Virus record (IMG/VR): IMGVR_UViG_3300021255_000108
Location: 128,001-165,734 of that record
Strand: one strand, 5' to 3'
Source of the DNA: a virus
Lineage: Duplodnaviria; Heunggongvirae; Uroviricota; Caudoviricetes
Length of the DNA: 37,734 nucleotides
Position 1 is the stretch's first letter. Each line of letters opens with the position of its first letter. This document shows, piece by piece, positions 1 to 10,806 of this stretch. The notes under the pieces were generated by a model. It did no database searches, was not told the origin of the DNA, and saw nothing but the letters and a program-made list of their open reading frames with translations. Both the position numbers and the translations under genes were made by a program.

Positions 1-320
1 CATAGAACATCAAAATTAATTGTGCAATCTCTAAACTCTGGATTTTTTGCATTAGGTGTAAAATTATCAAAAGATATTACAACGAAATTAGGACAGGCTT
101 TATCAATATCCAATTTCGGCACTATCCTAATTTGTTTATGAACAAGTCCCTGTATCTGCTAAACGGTCAGATCAGGTCCTCTTAAAGCATCTGGCTATGA
201 ATAATATAAAAGTTTTACTAATCGCTAATTATTCAAAAGTTTATGAGTAATTGTAGCGAAATCTTTTTCCATAGCTAAAAAGCTTGATTTATTATTAAAA
301 TAGTCTTGACCGACTTTCAT
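1..320 (-). CDS. Putative head-tail/neck completion protein, runs off the window; TAG-recoded
   Basis: AGGAG RBS, ATG at 320. Reads MKVGQDYFNNKSSFLAMEKDF...FRDCTINFDVL to the window edge if TAG at 225, 195 and 159 is Gln. Absent from the ORF track. Function inferred from position. Confidence 0.75.
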
Positions 321-333
321 CTAATATCACTCC

Positions 334-1278
334 TTAAAATAAAGATTCAGCAACTATTGTTTTTTCAAGAGGTCCATAATGTAAAATATATGAGCCAGAA
401 AAAGTCGCATACCAAGTTACTTCGATTGATGGGCCATTAACTTTATATTCAAGCACATCATCAATTTCTTTATTTTCATCTGCTGGAAGTGTAACTGACC
501 ATTTCCATTCATTCACAGCAGTTTTAGGAGTGAATGTCATCGTAGCAAGAGGCTTTACAAAAGTTTCACCAATTATATAATTAGCATTTTTTGGAATTAA
601 AGGATTAGGATCCTTTACTTCAACTAATACCTCATCGTGCTTACAATCATAATCTTCTTCTGCTACGATCTCTAATATACCAGGTGTACTAATACTATCT
701 GGCGCTTGTACTTTCCAAAAGCGCCCCGCAAATTCAAAATTGCAATATCTTTCAAATGTGCGCCGGTTCTGCTCGGTATTTACCATATATATATCCAAAG
801 TTAAATTTGGAACGTCAGCCACAATACCGGCCTTCTAAATAGTATTTATCTTTGTCTCAACTGGCCCTCGTATTGCACACCATTGAGAAAATTGTTCACC
901 AGTTTCAGGATCAACAGCAGTAATTTCTAGACAACGACGAATATTGGCTCTAAAATATGCTAATTCAGTCATTTCTTGTTTTAAGATAATCCAATGAGTA
1001 CCAGAATCTTTAGGCCACTCAAACGTATCCCCGCATTTAAAACCAGCACGATGATCAACTGACACTATTTTCTCATCGTAATCGAATTTAACACGATCAG
1101 GATTAATTAATGCCCTAACCCATTTGGCCCCATCAGCATCTTTTTTTATCCAACCTGCTTGATAACTATATAATAAAACTCTATGAAAAGTTTTTAACTT
1201 ATCTAAAACCATTTTATCGTGCTGGCGATCATTGTTCATTGCGCGATAGCGTGATTTCAATAATTCAACTGTTTCCAT
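334..1278 (-). CDS. Putative head closure/head-tail protein, 314 aa (track ORFs 835-1278 and 334-822 joined across one TAG)
   Basis: Same frame: ETKINTI-TAG(835)-KAGIVADVPNL. Ends in TAA. Lies downstream of the capsid genes. Confidence 0.75.
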
Positions 1279-1582
1279 TATCTATTGCATTTGCGAGACT
1301 TGTTAATAATGATATAGCATTAAAAACTGTCACGCGATATATCATAAAATCTGTGGCTTGCGGTAAGCCTTCTAATTTTGTTAATAAAATTAAAAAGTCA
1401 AGATGATCGCCAAATATCTTATGCAAGCCATATAATTCAATTAAAACTGAATCTAATTGTTTTTGCCAATCCTCATTATTTTCACGCATTGGCAATAGTT
1501 TCCAAATTTGATTTATCAATCGCCGCAAATCTTTTACTACAATAGTATCATCAAACACACAATTATGAACGCTATTCTCCAT
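1265..1582 (-). CDS. Hypothetical phage protein (morphogenesis module)
   Basis: ORF overlapping both neighbours; likely start ATG 1582 (MENSVHN); ends in TGA. Confidence 0.7.
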   Translation of the reverse strand: MENSVHNCVFDDTIVVKDLRRLINQIWKLLPMRENNEDWQKQLDSVLIELYGLHKIFGDHLDFLILLTKLEGLPQATDFMIYRVTVFNAISLLTSLANAIDNGNS

Positions 1583-2144
1583 CGCCAATTCTCTCCCAAG
1601 CAATATCATCGTCAGCAGACTCAGTATTGTGTATTATTGTAATAAATTGTTTGATATCTGCGGTATCAGTATCGCTTGTGCCATCTAGCGCAGTCTGATT
1701 AAGTACTGACCAGTTTGACATAACACGACCATCGTGTCCGTAGAAACGACGCTTATATAATCTTTGTGCGTGAATATTTTCGCGGTGATTTTCTGTCTTT
1801 AAAGTTAATAACTTCGCAAGGTGATTAGCCTGCGAAGTCATTTTAAAATCTGGTCCGCTATATTTCATACGAATATTTTCTATGGAATTGATTTGACGAT
1901 CAAGCCAAACCTATTTCATTAAGATAGCAAGAATATTCATCTCTTCTGCGGTCAAATCTACATTATATGTTTCAGCATCTTCATCATAATCAAATAATGC
2001 GAACCGTGGAAATTCAAAATAAGGAATGGCATCTAATAGAATCTATTTAGCATCTCGTTTAGTATCTTCTTCGGTTAATTCCATATACATATCATCTGTA
2101 ATTTTACCAAAGAAACGATTATAAATAGCTTCAAATGATGTCAC
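1563..2144 (-). CDS. Putative head-tail adaptor protein, 193 aa; TAG-recoded
   Basis: AAGGAGGAG RBS, GTG at 2144. MTSFEAIYNRFFGKITDD...ILMK(Q)VWLDRQ. TAG at 2043, 1911 and 1572; TAA at 1563. Confidence 0.75.
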
Positions 2145-2146
2145 TA

Positions 2147-2728
2147 TTACTCCTCCTTAGCAACTACCTTATACTTAGGAGCGGTACGCCGCCCTTCTGT
2201 TTTTGTTTGCTCTGCTGGCTTAACGCGTCTCGTTGGTTCATCGGTCTCTTCAATACCCTCAGCTTCCTCAGCCTCTTTAGCTTGCTGAATATGTAATAAT
2301 GCTAAATCAACATCAAAGCCAAGTTTATTTTTAATTGCTGCACGCTTACGTGAATCATTTACAGGTAACTCAATAGCATACTTTTTAATTAAATCAAGAA
2401 CACCTTCTGGCGCAAAATCAAGCGCATCTAAAAATTCATCCATATTATCAGTGGCATTTAATAACTTAATTACACCAGCATCATCAAGATAATACTCTGG
2501 TTCAACTTTAATTGGCATTTCTTTAACGACTTCTTCGTCTGCCAAAAAAAGATGATTTTGTAGTATTTGAGTTCCGCCTGGACGATAACTTAATGCTTGT
2601 AACTCTGATAATGGAATGTTTTTAGTTTCATTTGGGCTGAACTCTCTGCGAACACCCAATTCTGGAACCGTATACATTACAATAGCATTACTTCTATTCG
2701 TTACCTTAATTACTTTATTCTCTTCCAT
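2147..2728 (-). CDS. Hypothetical protein following the major capsid gene
   Basis: 193-aa ORF with AAAGGAG RBS, no internal TAG. Confidence 0.8.
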   Translation of the reverse strand: MEENKVIKVTNRSNAIVMYTVPELGVRREFSPNETKNIPLSELQALSYRPGGTQILQNHLFLADEEVVKEMPIKVEPEYYLDDAGVIKLLNATDNMDEFLDALDFAPEGVLDLIKKYAIELPVNDSRKRAAIKNKLGFDVDLALLHIQQAKEAEEAEGIEETDEPTRRVKPAEQTKTEGRRTAPKYKVVAKEE

Positions 2729-2751
2729 AAAAAATACTCCTTTTTCTCTAA

Positions 2752-2786
2752 ACGCATAGAGTAGAAATTTTATTTTCTACTCTATG
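2752..2786 (-). terminator. Stem-loop after the major capsid gene
   Basis: GCATAGAGTAGAAA ... TTTCTACTCTATGC inverted repeat. Confidence 0.55.
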
Positions 2787-2801
2787 CCATAATTTTATTT
2801 A

Positions 2802-3848
2802 TTAAGGATTAACTCCATTTGGCTTCATATCCATTGTAAGAGAGGTGTTCTGATATACACAAATATCAGGAGTCATAACGACACCAACACCGACTTTTTT
2901 ATAGACCTGAATCTCACGGCTACGATCCTTATTTACATATTCGTCAACAATTGTGCCGCCTTCCATAACAACCTTTGCGGGCTTTACAGAACCAGGAAGA
3001 ATATAGCACATAGAAGGATCAATAACTTTCTTCTCATTGGAAGCATCGGTTACGCCCTGTGGAAGCATAATCATTGGATGATTCTTATAAGAAGCAAAAC
3101 GTCCATTGTTCCAAAAAACATCTTTCATATTATCAGACCAACGGAAAGAATTGTCTGAAGGACGAATTGTAGACGCGAACTCTTCAGTGCAATAGATAGT
3201 TGGTGTACCATAGGCTGCGCAAATAGCAATTAAACGATCAAAAGCAGCCTCATCGAATGCATTATGTACAACCTTATTTAAAACAGGTAATTGATTAATA
3301 CCAGTCTTTAAAGCCTGACCAATCTCGTGATAAATGAGTTCGTCAAGACCTTCCATAACAATCTGAGTTACTTCAGCAAAATCGGCACGTCCATCAAGGA
3401 ACTCTTCAAGACCAATCTGCGCAGCACCGCCGATAGCGTTTGTCTGCATTTCAATTGGTGTATCCTTACCAAGCTTGAATACTTCATAAATACCAGCAAG
3501 ACCAACCTTGGTAATGAACTGTTTTGCACGCCGACGATCGTGCTTCCGCATAAAGACAGCCTTATCGCCCTGAGCGATAGTCTTTACTTCAGCGAATTGG
3601 CCATAATTCTCAACAACCTTCCGAGGAAGGACATCATCCATTGTCTCTTCAATTAAAGAGAAAATTGTATTTTTATTCTCACGATACTGAGCAAAAGTGC
3701 CAGCAAGTTCGTTGAGTTCTTTACGAAGCGTTTCATTGAGCGCATCGTAGCTTAGGTTCTCACCATTAAAGCTGTACGCAACAGGGGTGGAGCGAGAAGC
3801 CTTAGCTGTGACTTTCATTAAAGTCAATAATTCATTTCTTTCTAACAT
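2802..3848 (-). CDS. Major capsid protein (probable HK97 fold)
   Basis: 348 aa, strong RBS, position downstream of portal and protease-scaffold, followed by a hairpin. No TAG codons. Confidence 0.75.
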   Translation of the reverse strand: MLERNELLTLMKVTAKASRSTPVAYSFNGENLSYDALNETLRKELNELAGTFAQYRENKNTIFSLIEETMDDVLPRKVVENYGQFAEVKTIAQGDKAVFMRKHDRRRAKQFITKVGLAGIYEVFKLGKDTPIEMQTNAIGGAAQIGLEEFLDGRADFAEVTQIVMEGLDELIYHEIGQALKTGINQLPVLNKVVHNAFDEAAFDRLIAICAAYGTPTIYCTEEFASTIRPSDNSFRWSDNMKDVFWNNGRFASYKNHPMIMLPQGVTDASNEKKVIDPSMCYILPGSVKPAKVVMEGGTIVDEYVNKDRSREIQVYKKVGVGVVMTPDICVYQNTSLTMDMKPNGVNP

Positions 3849-3871
3849 CGACTTATACTCTCCTTTCCTTA

Positions 3872-4636
3872 TTACTGCACACGCATAACCTTAACAGCGG
3901 GCTGTAAATCGCCAAGATTATAAACCTTAACAACCTGCCATACCATACCAGAAGCTGGCATACCACTACCAGAAGCTGGAGCAAGGTAACCATCTTCACC
4001 AACTTGTAAGAATTGACCAAGTGTTAAAGAACCTGGATTTGCATTAATTGTATTTGTGGTGAAAATATCGCCTTCGTGGGTCTTAAAGACACGAGGAACC
4101 ATAATGCCATTACCAGCCAGAGCCTGAGTAACTGCGAGTTGTGGCTCATTAAATTGCTCAATCTCATACTTATTACCAATAGCAAAATGATTGCGACCAA
4201 AGTCAGCACCAGTATAACCATCAGCTGTTGGGTCACCTTCGGTGTGTCCATCTGGATAAATCTCGCTGGCGGCACCAATTGTCTTTAAGAGAGGATTAAT
4301 AGTTGTACCATCTGCATTAGTTACACCAAGTGGGCTATAAACATTACCAACATAATCCCTACGGATCATCGCAAAATCTTGATCAGTTTCACGATCCGCA
4401 TATACCTTTACTTCATTATAAACGAGCATCCATTCGCCAGGACCAGTAAAATCAACAACACCATTGGCATAGTCATATTTTACAAACTGACCATTTTCAA
4501 GGATATTGATGCTCTTGTCAGCTGGCAACTGAGCATAAATCTCGGCTGTGCGCTGAGCAGACAAATGGTTAGGCTCTACCTGTCCAAAGCCATAAGTTAC
4601 ATATTTGGCTGTTGGAGATAATCTTTTAAAAGCCAT
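3872..4636 (-). CDS. Putative capsid decoration/minor head protein
   Basis: 254 aa between the scaffold and capsid genes; AAGGAGG RBS; beta-rich and Gly-rich; no TAG. Confidence 0.6.
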   Translation of the reverse strand: MAFKRLSPTAKYVTYGFGQVEPNHLSAQRTAEIYAQLPADKSINILENGQFVKYDYANGVVDFTGPGEWMLVYNEVKVYADRETDQDFAMIRRDYVGNVYSPLGVTNADGTTINPLLKTIGAASEIYPDGHTEGDPTADGYTGADFGRNHFAIGNKYEIEQFNEPQLAVTQALAGNGIMVPRVFKTHEGDIFTTNTINANPGSLTLGQFLQVGEDGYLAPASGSGMPASGMVWQVVKVYNLGDLQPAVKVMRVQ

Positions 4637-4658
4637 TTTAGCTTCCTCCTTATTTTAA

Positions 4659-5936
4659 TTACAGATTTTTCGCGGTCTCGCGTACTGCCTTAATCCAAGC
4701 AGGAACGCTATCACCATTATCGTTTGAACCAAGCTCATAGATGCGTGGCTCTTCTTTATGCTCAGAATCATCATTCTGATCTTCGTCAAGATTAAAACTA
4801 ACCTTGTTGCGAACACAAATTATAGCGAGTTTTGCCTCAATTTCATCAACAGAATAGGTATCAATGTTATTTACAACATCGGCCTTATCAGCATCAGAAA
4901 GCATATAGAAGCTATCAATCATTGCTTGTTTGGCTTCCTTGTCTTTCGTTGCTTTAAACGCACGGAGACCCTCTACTTCTGTTTTAAGAGCAGAATACTC
5001 AGTATTTAGCTTGTTATAATCATTAAGAAGAGAGATATATTCTTCAGAAGTCGTTACATCCTCTAAAGAATGCTTTGTCTTCTTTTTCTTTTCATCATCG
5101 TCTTCTTCATCATTATCATCTTCTGATGGCTTATCATCTTCCTTAGATGTATCATCGTCATCAGCAGCTGGAGCATTTTCTTTCTTTTCTTCTTCGTCAT
5201 TTTCAGGCTTTTTCTTAAACTCGGTATTTTCTTCTGTTAAGACCTTGTCTTTTTCATCCATCGGACTTAATCCTCCTTTGCTAAGAGCATTTTTCATATT
5301 CTCAATTTCAGAGAATAATTTATTCTTGAAGCTTTCATCTAAAGAGAATTGTGCTGCGATGCCGGCACCTTCAAAACAAGGCTCAACATCTTCTCCAAGA
5401 ATACATAATTTTTGTATCATTGCCTCATTGATAATAAAGAATGTGGGCCACCCATTTTCATCTGTTGCCCAAGTCCCAGTTAAATCAGAATTTAACTCCA
5501 TAGATTGGTTATTACCACGCTCAATAATACGCTTTGCTTCTTCATAGATAGATGTCCATAAATAGCCTTCTGTCATTAAATACAGATGCTCAACGCCATC
5601 ATCTATAAAAGTCTAAAACCAAATTTTCGCAGTAGAATCGACATAACCATATGCCTTAGTTAAGTCACGTTCAACCCAATGCCCATCTCCAACCTCAATC
5701 GATTTTTGATGTCCAGCAAAATCTTCTTTCTTTTCATCATAAAAACCAACGATTGGACATCCAGGCAAAGTTGCCGCCATCTTAATAGCAGTTTCTTTAG
5801 TAATTATGCTACCATTTCTATTGGGTTCATCGCTAACATAACATACTTTAATCTCACACTTTGAAATTAAAGGATTTACAGGAGTGACATTAAGTAACTC
5901 GACTGTACTTTCTACTGGTATACTAATATGCTGCAC
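4659..5936 (-). CDS. Prohead protease-scaffold protein, 425 aa (two track ORFs joined across TAG 5613)
   Basis: In-frame KIWF-TAG-TFIDDGVEHLYLMTEGYLW. N-terminal protease-like part (PNRNGS..., GH, QSMEL, LCILG..VEPCF), then an acidic linker and coiled coil. Confidence 0.75.
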
Positions 5937-5948
5937 TTAACTCACTCC

Positions 5949-7526
5949 TTATGACATAGATTCTTTATTCTAAATAGTTTTTTCGGATTTTTGGGTGTCT
6001 GGCTTTTCTGGTCTTCCACCCTAATTTTCAGATTTTTGCTAACTTCTCTAACCTAAAATGTCCTAACTGCTCATTGTAGAACTCATTAAAGGCGGTATCA
6101 TAATTTCAGACAAATGTAATACTTCGTTCTCAAAGTGCGCCATAGCAATAATCGCACTTTGTGAATGACCAAGCGCAATCTAAGGTAACATTTTGGAGTA
6201 ACCAATTTGCACTTGCTCTTTATACATTTTAGAAAGTTCCTAATAATTATTAATTGTAGTTTCCAACATAAAAAATCTAAAAGCCCATTTTTTATTAGCT
6301 GGAAATTTATGTTTTAATACTTTATTATATAAACTCTAAAACTATAAGACTAAACATCTAATAGATGCTTCATCATTCAGTGAAGATTTTTCCAAAGCAA
6401 GATTACCATCTGTATTAAATAAATTGGCGGAAACACCAAAAGCATTATATACAGTGCGCTCAACTTTCTCTAAATCATCAACAGAAGTAGTAGTGTTTTT
6501 ATCTGCTAAATCAGCGACATCAACATCAGCAAAAGTTGTCATAACATCCACACCAATAGCACGCTTGAGCATCTATACAGTATTATTATGAATGTCTTTT
6601 GCTTCATCAACATCGAATATTAAATCACCATTCTTATCCAACGGCAATTTCTAAATAATAACTTTTAATAATTTTTGCATAGTCTTCTTACGGTCTAAAT
6701 CTTGCGCCAAATCCAAATCAATAATATACGGAATAGCATTCGCAAGAATAGGGTAATCAGCACCATTAACATTAAGTTTTACTGCGTATGCTGGATCTAA
6801 AAGCCACCAAGTGCCATCGTTCTCATCAGTATTTAATTTACCTTTTTTATAAGCAATATATGCTTTAGAAAACTCTTCTGGATACATTTTTAATACTCGC
6901 ATACGTTGTTCAATAGAACGAAATTTGTCATCAAAATATTTTGGGTTAAATTCTACCGCGGGCATATCCCCAACACGAAATCTACTGCGACAGTAGGAAG
7001 TGGGTAACTCTTGAAAAGTCATACCTTCTTTAGTATCAACAATATAGCCATACCAACAACCATTAACAATTATTTTTAATGCTATATCGCCGCACGCGTA
7101 TTTAATATTTGAATTATCCAAATACCCTAATACCTTTGTAAATTCGGTAAGAATTTTTTCTTCTTTCGCAGTATCGTCATTAATGTAGGGAACAACGAAC
7201 CAATCATATCTATATAAATAAGCGAAGTATTTACATAAACGTTCGTATATGCCGCTCATTTCATAAAAATAATTAGAAATTTCTCGTAGAGAAACATAAT
7301 CTTTTCGAGCAATAGCTCGTAAGATAGTGGTTTTATCTCCCCACTAACGATTTACTTTAGTTAAACTACCAAGATCTAAAACCGCATCATCAAGTGTCTA
7401 TAGACCAACTCTGATGCGGCCATAATCAATTGGTAGATTATCCTCCGGGGAAAAGGTGCCTGGTCTACCGGTAGATATTTTGAAGCCTTTTTCGTGTATT
7501 TGGTCTTGAGTTTGTCTTTGCCGCAC
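5949..7526 (-). CDS. Portal protein, 525 aa, 13 in-frame TAG codons
   Basis: GGAGG RBS, GTG 7526. One frame to TAA 5949 when TAG (7398, 7344, 6651, 6573, 6342, 6336, 6240, 6180, 6063, 6048, 6039, 6021, 5970) is Gln. Size and position between terminase and protease fit a portal; C-terminal GGRP motif. Confidence 0.8.
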
Positions 7527-7540
7527 GAAAGCACCTCCTC

Positions 7541-7897
7541 TTAATAACCAGCACGTTCCATAATATAATCGTAACTAATTAGATTTTCCTCAGTATAAGG
7601 TATTTCTATTAGATTATAACCATTTAATTCACAAAATCTTCTTTTTTTGTTATCATTATACTATTGTCTAAAAAAACCTTTTTTACCACCAAATTTAGCG
7701 GATGGTTCAAAATGCTATTTACCTTGATATTCTATTAAGAAATCTACATTTCCCTCATCATCAAAAACACAAAAATCAAAACGCAATGGTCTTCCATTAC
7801 CAGAAGTCAAGCCAGTAAATGTCTATTCTTCTGTAAAATTCAATTCAGCTTCTTTTAAAATTTCTTCAATCTTTATTTCCGCTCGTGAACTTCTCAT
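7541..7897 (-). CDS. Vsr/DUF559-like PD-(D/E)xK endonuclease, 118 aa; TAG-recoded; missed by the ORF track
   Basis: MRSSRAEIKIEEIL...PLRFDF...LIEYQGK(Q)HF...ND..K..FC..NG..LIEIPY. TAG at 7823, 7715 and 7661. Confidence 0.8.
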
Positions 7898-7909
7898 TTT
7901 TACACCTAC

Positions 7910-9640
7910 TTAATTTAAAAATAGCATATCAGCAAATCTATGTTTTTTCTTTTTGCGTTTTTTGTCTTCTTCTTGTTTTATATAATACAATCCATATTCG
8001 AATGCGGAAAACTTATCTTTTCTAATACTTTTATTGGCTTGTTTTAATATAATATTTACGCCTTCGTTTTCTTCGCGCAAATTCATCATTTCTTCTTTTA
8101 ATATGGAAGTTAGAGTGAAAGGTTTTAAATACTCTGCCCTTTCTTCTGGCTTCATTTCTTGCCCTCTCTTTGTTCCCATTAATTTAACTTTTGCGACACG
8201 TTCATCAATTAAGAATTTAACGTGACCGGAAGCCAATTCACTTCGCGCAGTCGCGTGCGCTTCTGTATTAATCGGCGCATTCGCCTTAATAAGGTACAAA
8301 GCATTTTCTTCACAAATATCACTACGGTATTTTTTATATTCATTATCTTCATCATTATTTACACCAAAATCAGGTAAAATATCTCCAGTATCTGGATCAG
8401 TCTATTGTTTAACCATATAATCGACTAAACCAATACCTAAACCATTGGCGTCTATAACGATAGTCTTCGCTTTATATTTAAAATATAGCTTCTTTAATTT
8501 AATAGCTTGGTCCTCAAAATGTGCATCATTCATTGTAAAAATATTTGGCATTGTTATAATTGTAGCACCAGTCGGCTAAGAGTTTACTTTAAACACACAT
8601 ATTACAGTATCGCATAGCCTGCGCCCAACATCGCACGCCAATACGTAGTAACTGCTTTTAGTAGAGCGACCAGAGAACTCGTATTCCGGTTGGCGCAATA
8701 TGCGGTTATGATCAAACTGTTCCGCATTAAAAAATGCGTCTTCAACAGTACCAGACCACTCAGATTCATACTCACGCGCAAACGACATTTCATTAAATGT
8801 ACCGTCCATTTTTAAGTCTTTAATAAATGACTTATCCAAAAGACCCATCAAAACAGGAATGCGCCAACTACCGCCTAATACCATTGCCCGTTCAGGTTTA
8901 ACAATTTCCCAAACAAGAATCTGTATTAATTTATCATAAGCGAATGTATTTTTCCATCCGGCTGTAGTAATATATATTTGACTCTTATTTAATGTTTCAT
9001 CCTCTTGTCTGCCACCCCAAGCACCGTATCGAGAAACGTTCATTGTAGGAATAATGACTTCACTTAAAATGGTACCATCAATACCTACACATTCTTCCAT
9101 CAATCCACCGTGTCTACGTTGACCACGGCTTGTTTCTCTTGCCGCAATGTTATCCAATACAGATCCACTTTTAAAGACATATTTTACATAATCTTTACCC
9201 TCGAGGCTCTTACCTCTTGTCCAATCTATTTCATTATATAGTGCGGGAATTAATCGAGTTAATTCTTGTACTTTAGACTTTAAAATACTTGAACTTTGTT
9301 CCTTACCACCAGAAGTAACAAATAATTTAGCGCCAGGATAAAGTATACAGCGCAACATCAGTACAAGCGCGGACAAAAAAGATTTAGAATATGCACGAGG
9401 AAAAGTCGCATACAAATATTTGTAACGCATAGCAGCGCGCAAAAATACGCGCTGATAATAATATAAATGAAAATTTTCTGGATTGTTTTTCTACAAAAGA
9501 AAGTCAACAAAAAGATCTGGATATTCTCTCCAGAACGCGATATATTTTCTAGCAACAGGAATACAAGCTTTCACGCGTTCCTCTGATAAACCAATTTTAT
9601 CAACGTTTTCGCGAAGATTTAATAAATCCTATAAAGCCAT
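7910..9640 (-). CDS. terL: Terminase large subunit, 576 aa, 4 in-frame TAG codons
   Basis: ATG 9640 overlaps the upstream TAA. YQR Q-motif, Walker-A-like PRAYSKS, Walker-B GLMEE, RNase-H-like LACDVG, VIDANGLG, KDKFSA. TAG at 9629, 9491, 8576 and 8402. Confidence 0.9.
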
Positions 9641-10806
9641 TACTTTTTCTTCTTCGTCAGCAATTTATTCATTGTTTCTTCATCTGCGGCTTGCTCTTGT
9701 TCTAGAAAATCGTTGTGCGCAACAAAATCTTCATCGCTTAAAGCTTCTTGCGCAATAGCGTCAAAATCTATATCAGTTTCGTCGGTTGTCTCTAAGTCTT
9801 CTTCTTTTGCTTCTTCGCGTGCCATCGTACGAACGGCACCTTCAATAAGATTGCCCAAGTTCATTTCTTCGCGCACCAAACGATCGGTATATTTGCGCAA
9901 ATCGGATAATGTAGCATCTACCATATCTGCGGGCTCAGATACATAATAGCGGGGAATAAAACCATCGCGCTCGCACAATAGGATGAACTCGTCTATTGCG
10001 GAAACAAATTCACCGCTTTCTGCTTTATTTTGCGCGGCAGTAAATTTAGCTGATTTCATTAAAGTGTCGTATACTTTGGACATTTTTTGGAAACCTTCTA
10101 TGTCGCCCAAATCGACAAGTTGATGGCATTTTAATGAAGTTTTACAAATTAATTTAAGATAATCTTCGTGCGAAGGGGTAACGATATCGAATGCCGCCAT
10201 CATCTCTTGGTATAATTTTTCCAATTGAACCCATTCATATGGGCGATATGTTTTTCCCCATTTTAAGGTTAGATATTTTTTATCTTCTTCTGTAAGGTCA
10301 TCTTCAAAACCGTCAGGCTCTAATTTATCTATTGGTTCTGCTTCTGTTTCTTTATTTAATTTGGGCGCAGGCGGCATAGAACCTTCTGATACTGCTTTTT
10401 CAATGTCTTCACCACTATAGCCTTGTGCCGCCATTACTTGCGCTTTTTGTTCGTCATATCTCGCTTTGAGGGTTTCATTATCCTCCCAGGTATAATTTTT
10501 GTATTGGACAAGTTTCATCTTTGAAAGATATCTGCCCAAAACGCTAATACCTGTTAATTTAGAAGCACCTTTTTCTTGTACTGCGCGCTCCAATAGGGTT
10601 GTCCACTCGTGTTCAATATAAGGGACGTCTATTTCTTCTAATATCCACAAAAAAGTGGAAGGATCATAATTGTTTACGTGGCGTGTAATACATTTTTTAC
10701 ATTCATCCAAATGTCCTGTTGGATATTTATCTGTGCGCTTTGTCGTATAAAAGTCTATGTCGGCCATTGTGCGCTTACAGGTTTTACAATATAATTGTCC
10801 CATCAC
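9640..10806 (-). CDS. Zn-finger protein coupled to terL (possible terminase small subunit)
   Basis: N-terminal CKTC...CKKC, acidic C-terminus, stop overlaps the terL start. No TAG. Confidence 0.6.
   Translation of the reverse strand: MMGQLYCKTCKRTMADIDFYTTKRTDKYPTGHLDECKKCITRHVNNYDPSTFLWILEEIDVPYIEHEWTTLLERAVQEKGASKLTGISVLGRYLSKMKLVQYKNYTWEDNETLKARYDEQKAQVMAAQGYSGEDIEKAVSEGSMPPAPKLNKETEAEPIDKLEPDGFEDDLTEEDKKYLTLKWGKTYRPYEWVQLEKLYQEMMAAFDIVTPSHEDYLKLICKTSLKCHQLVDLGDIEGFQKMSKVYDTLMKSAKFTAAQNKAESGEFVSAIDEFILLCERDGFIPRYYVSEPADMVDATLSDLRKYTDRLVREEMNLGNLIEGAVRTMAREEAKEEDLETTDETDIDFDAIAQEALSDEDFVAHNDFLEQEQAADEETMNKLLTKKKK

Noticed and set aside
5949-9640. Terminase and portal as pseudogenes or intron-split genes
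   Set aside because: Every interruption is an in-frame TAG with no frameshift, TAA, TGA or inserted sequence, which recoding explains better.
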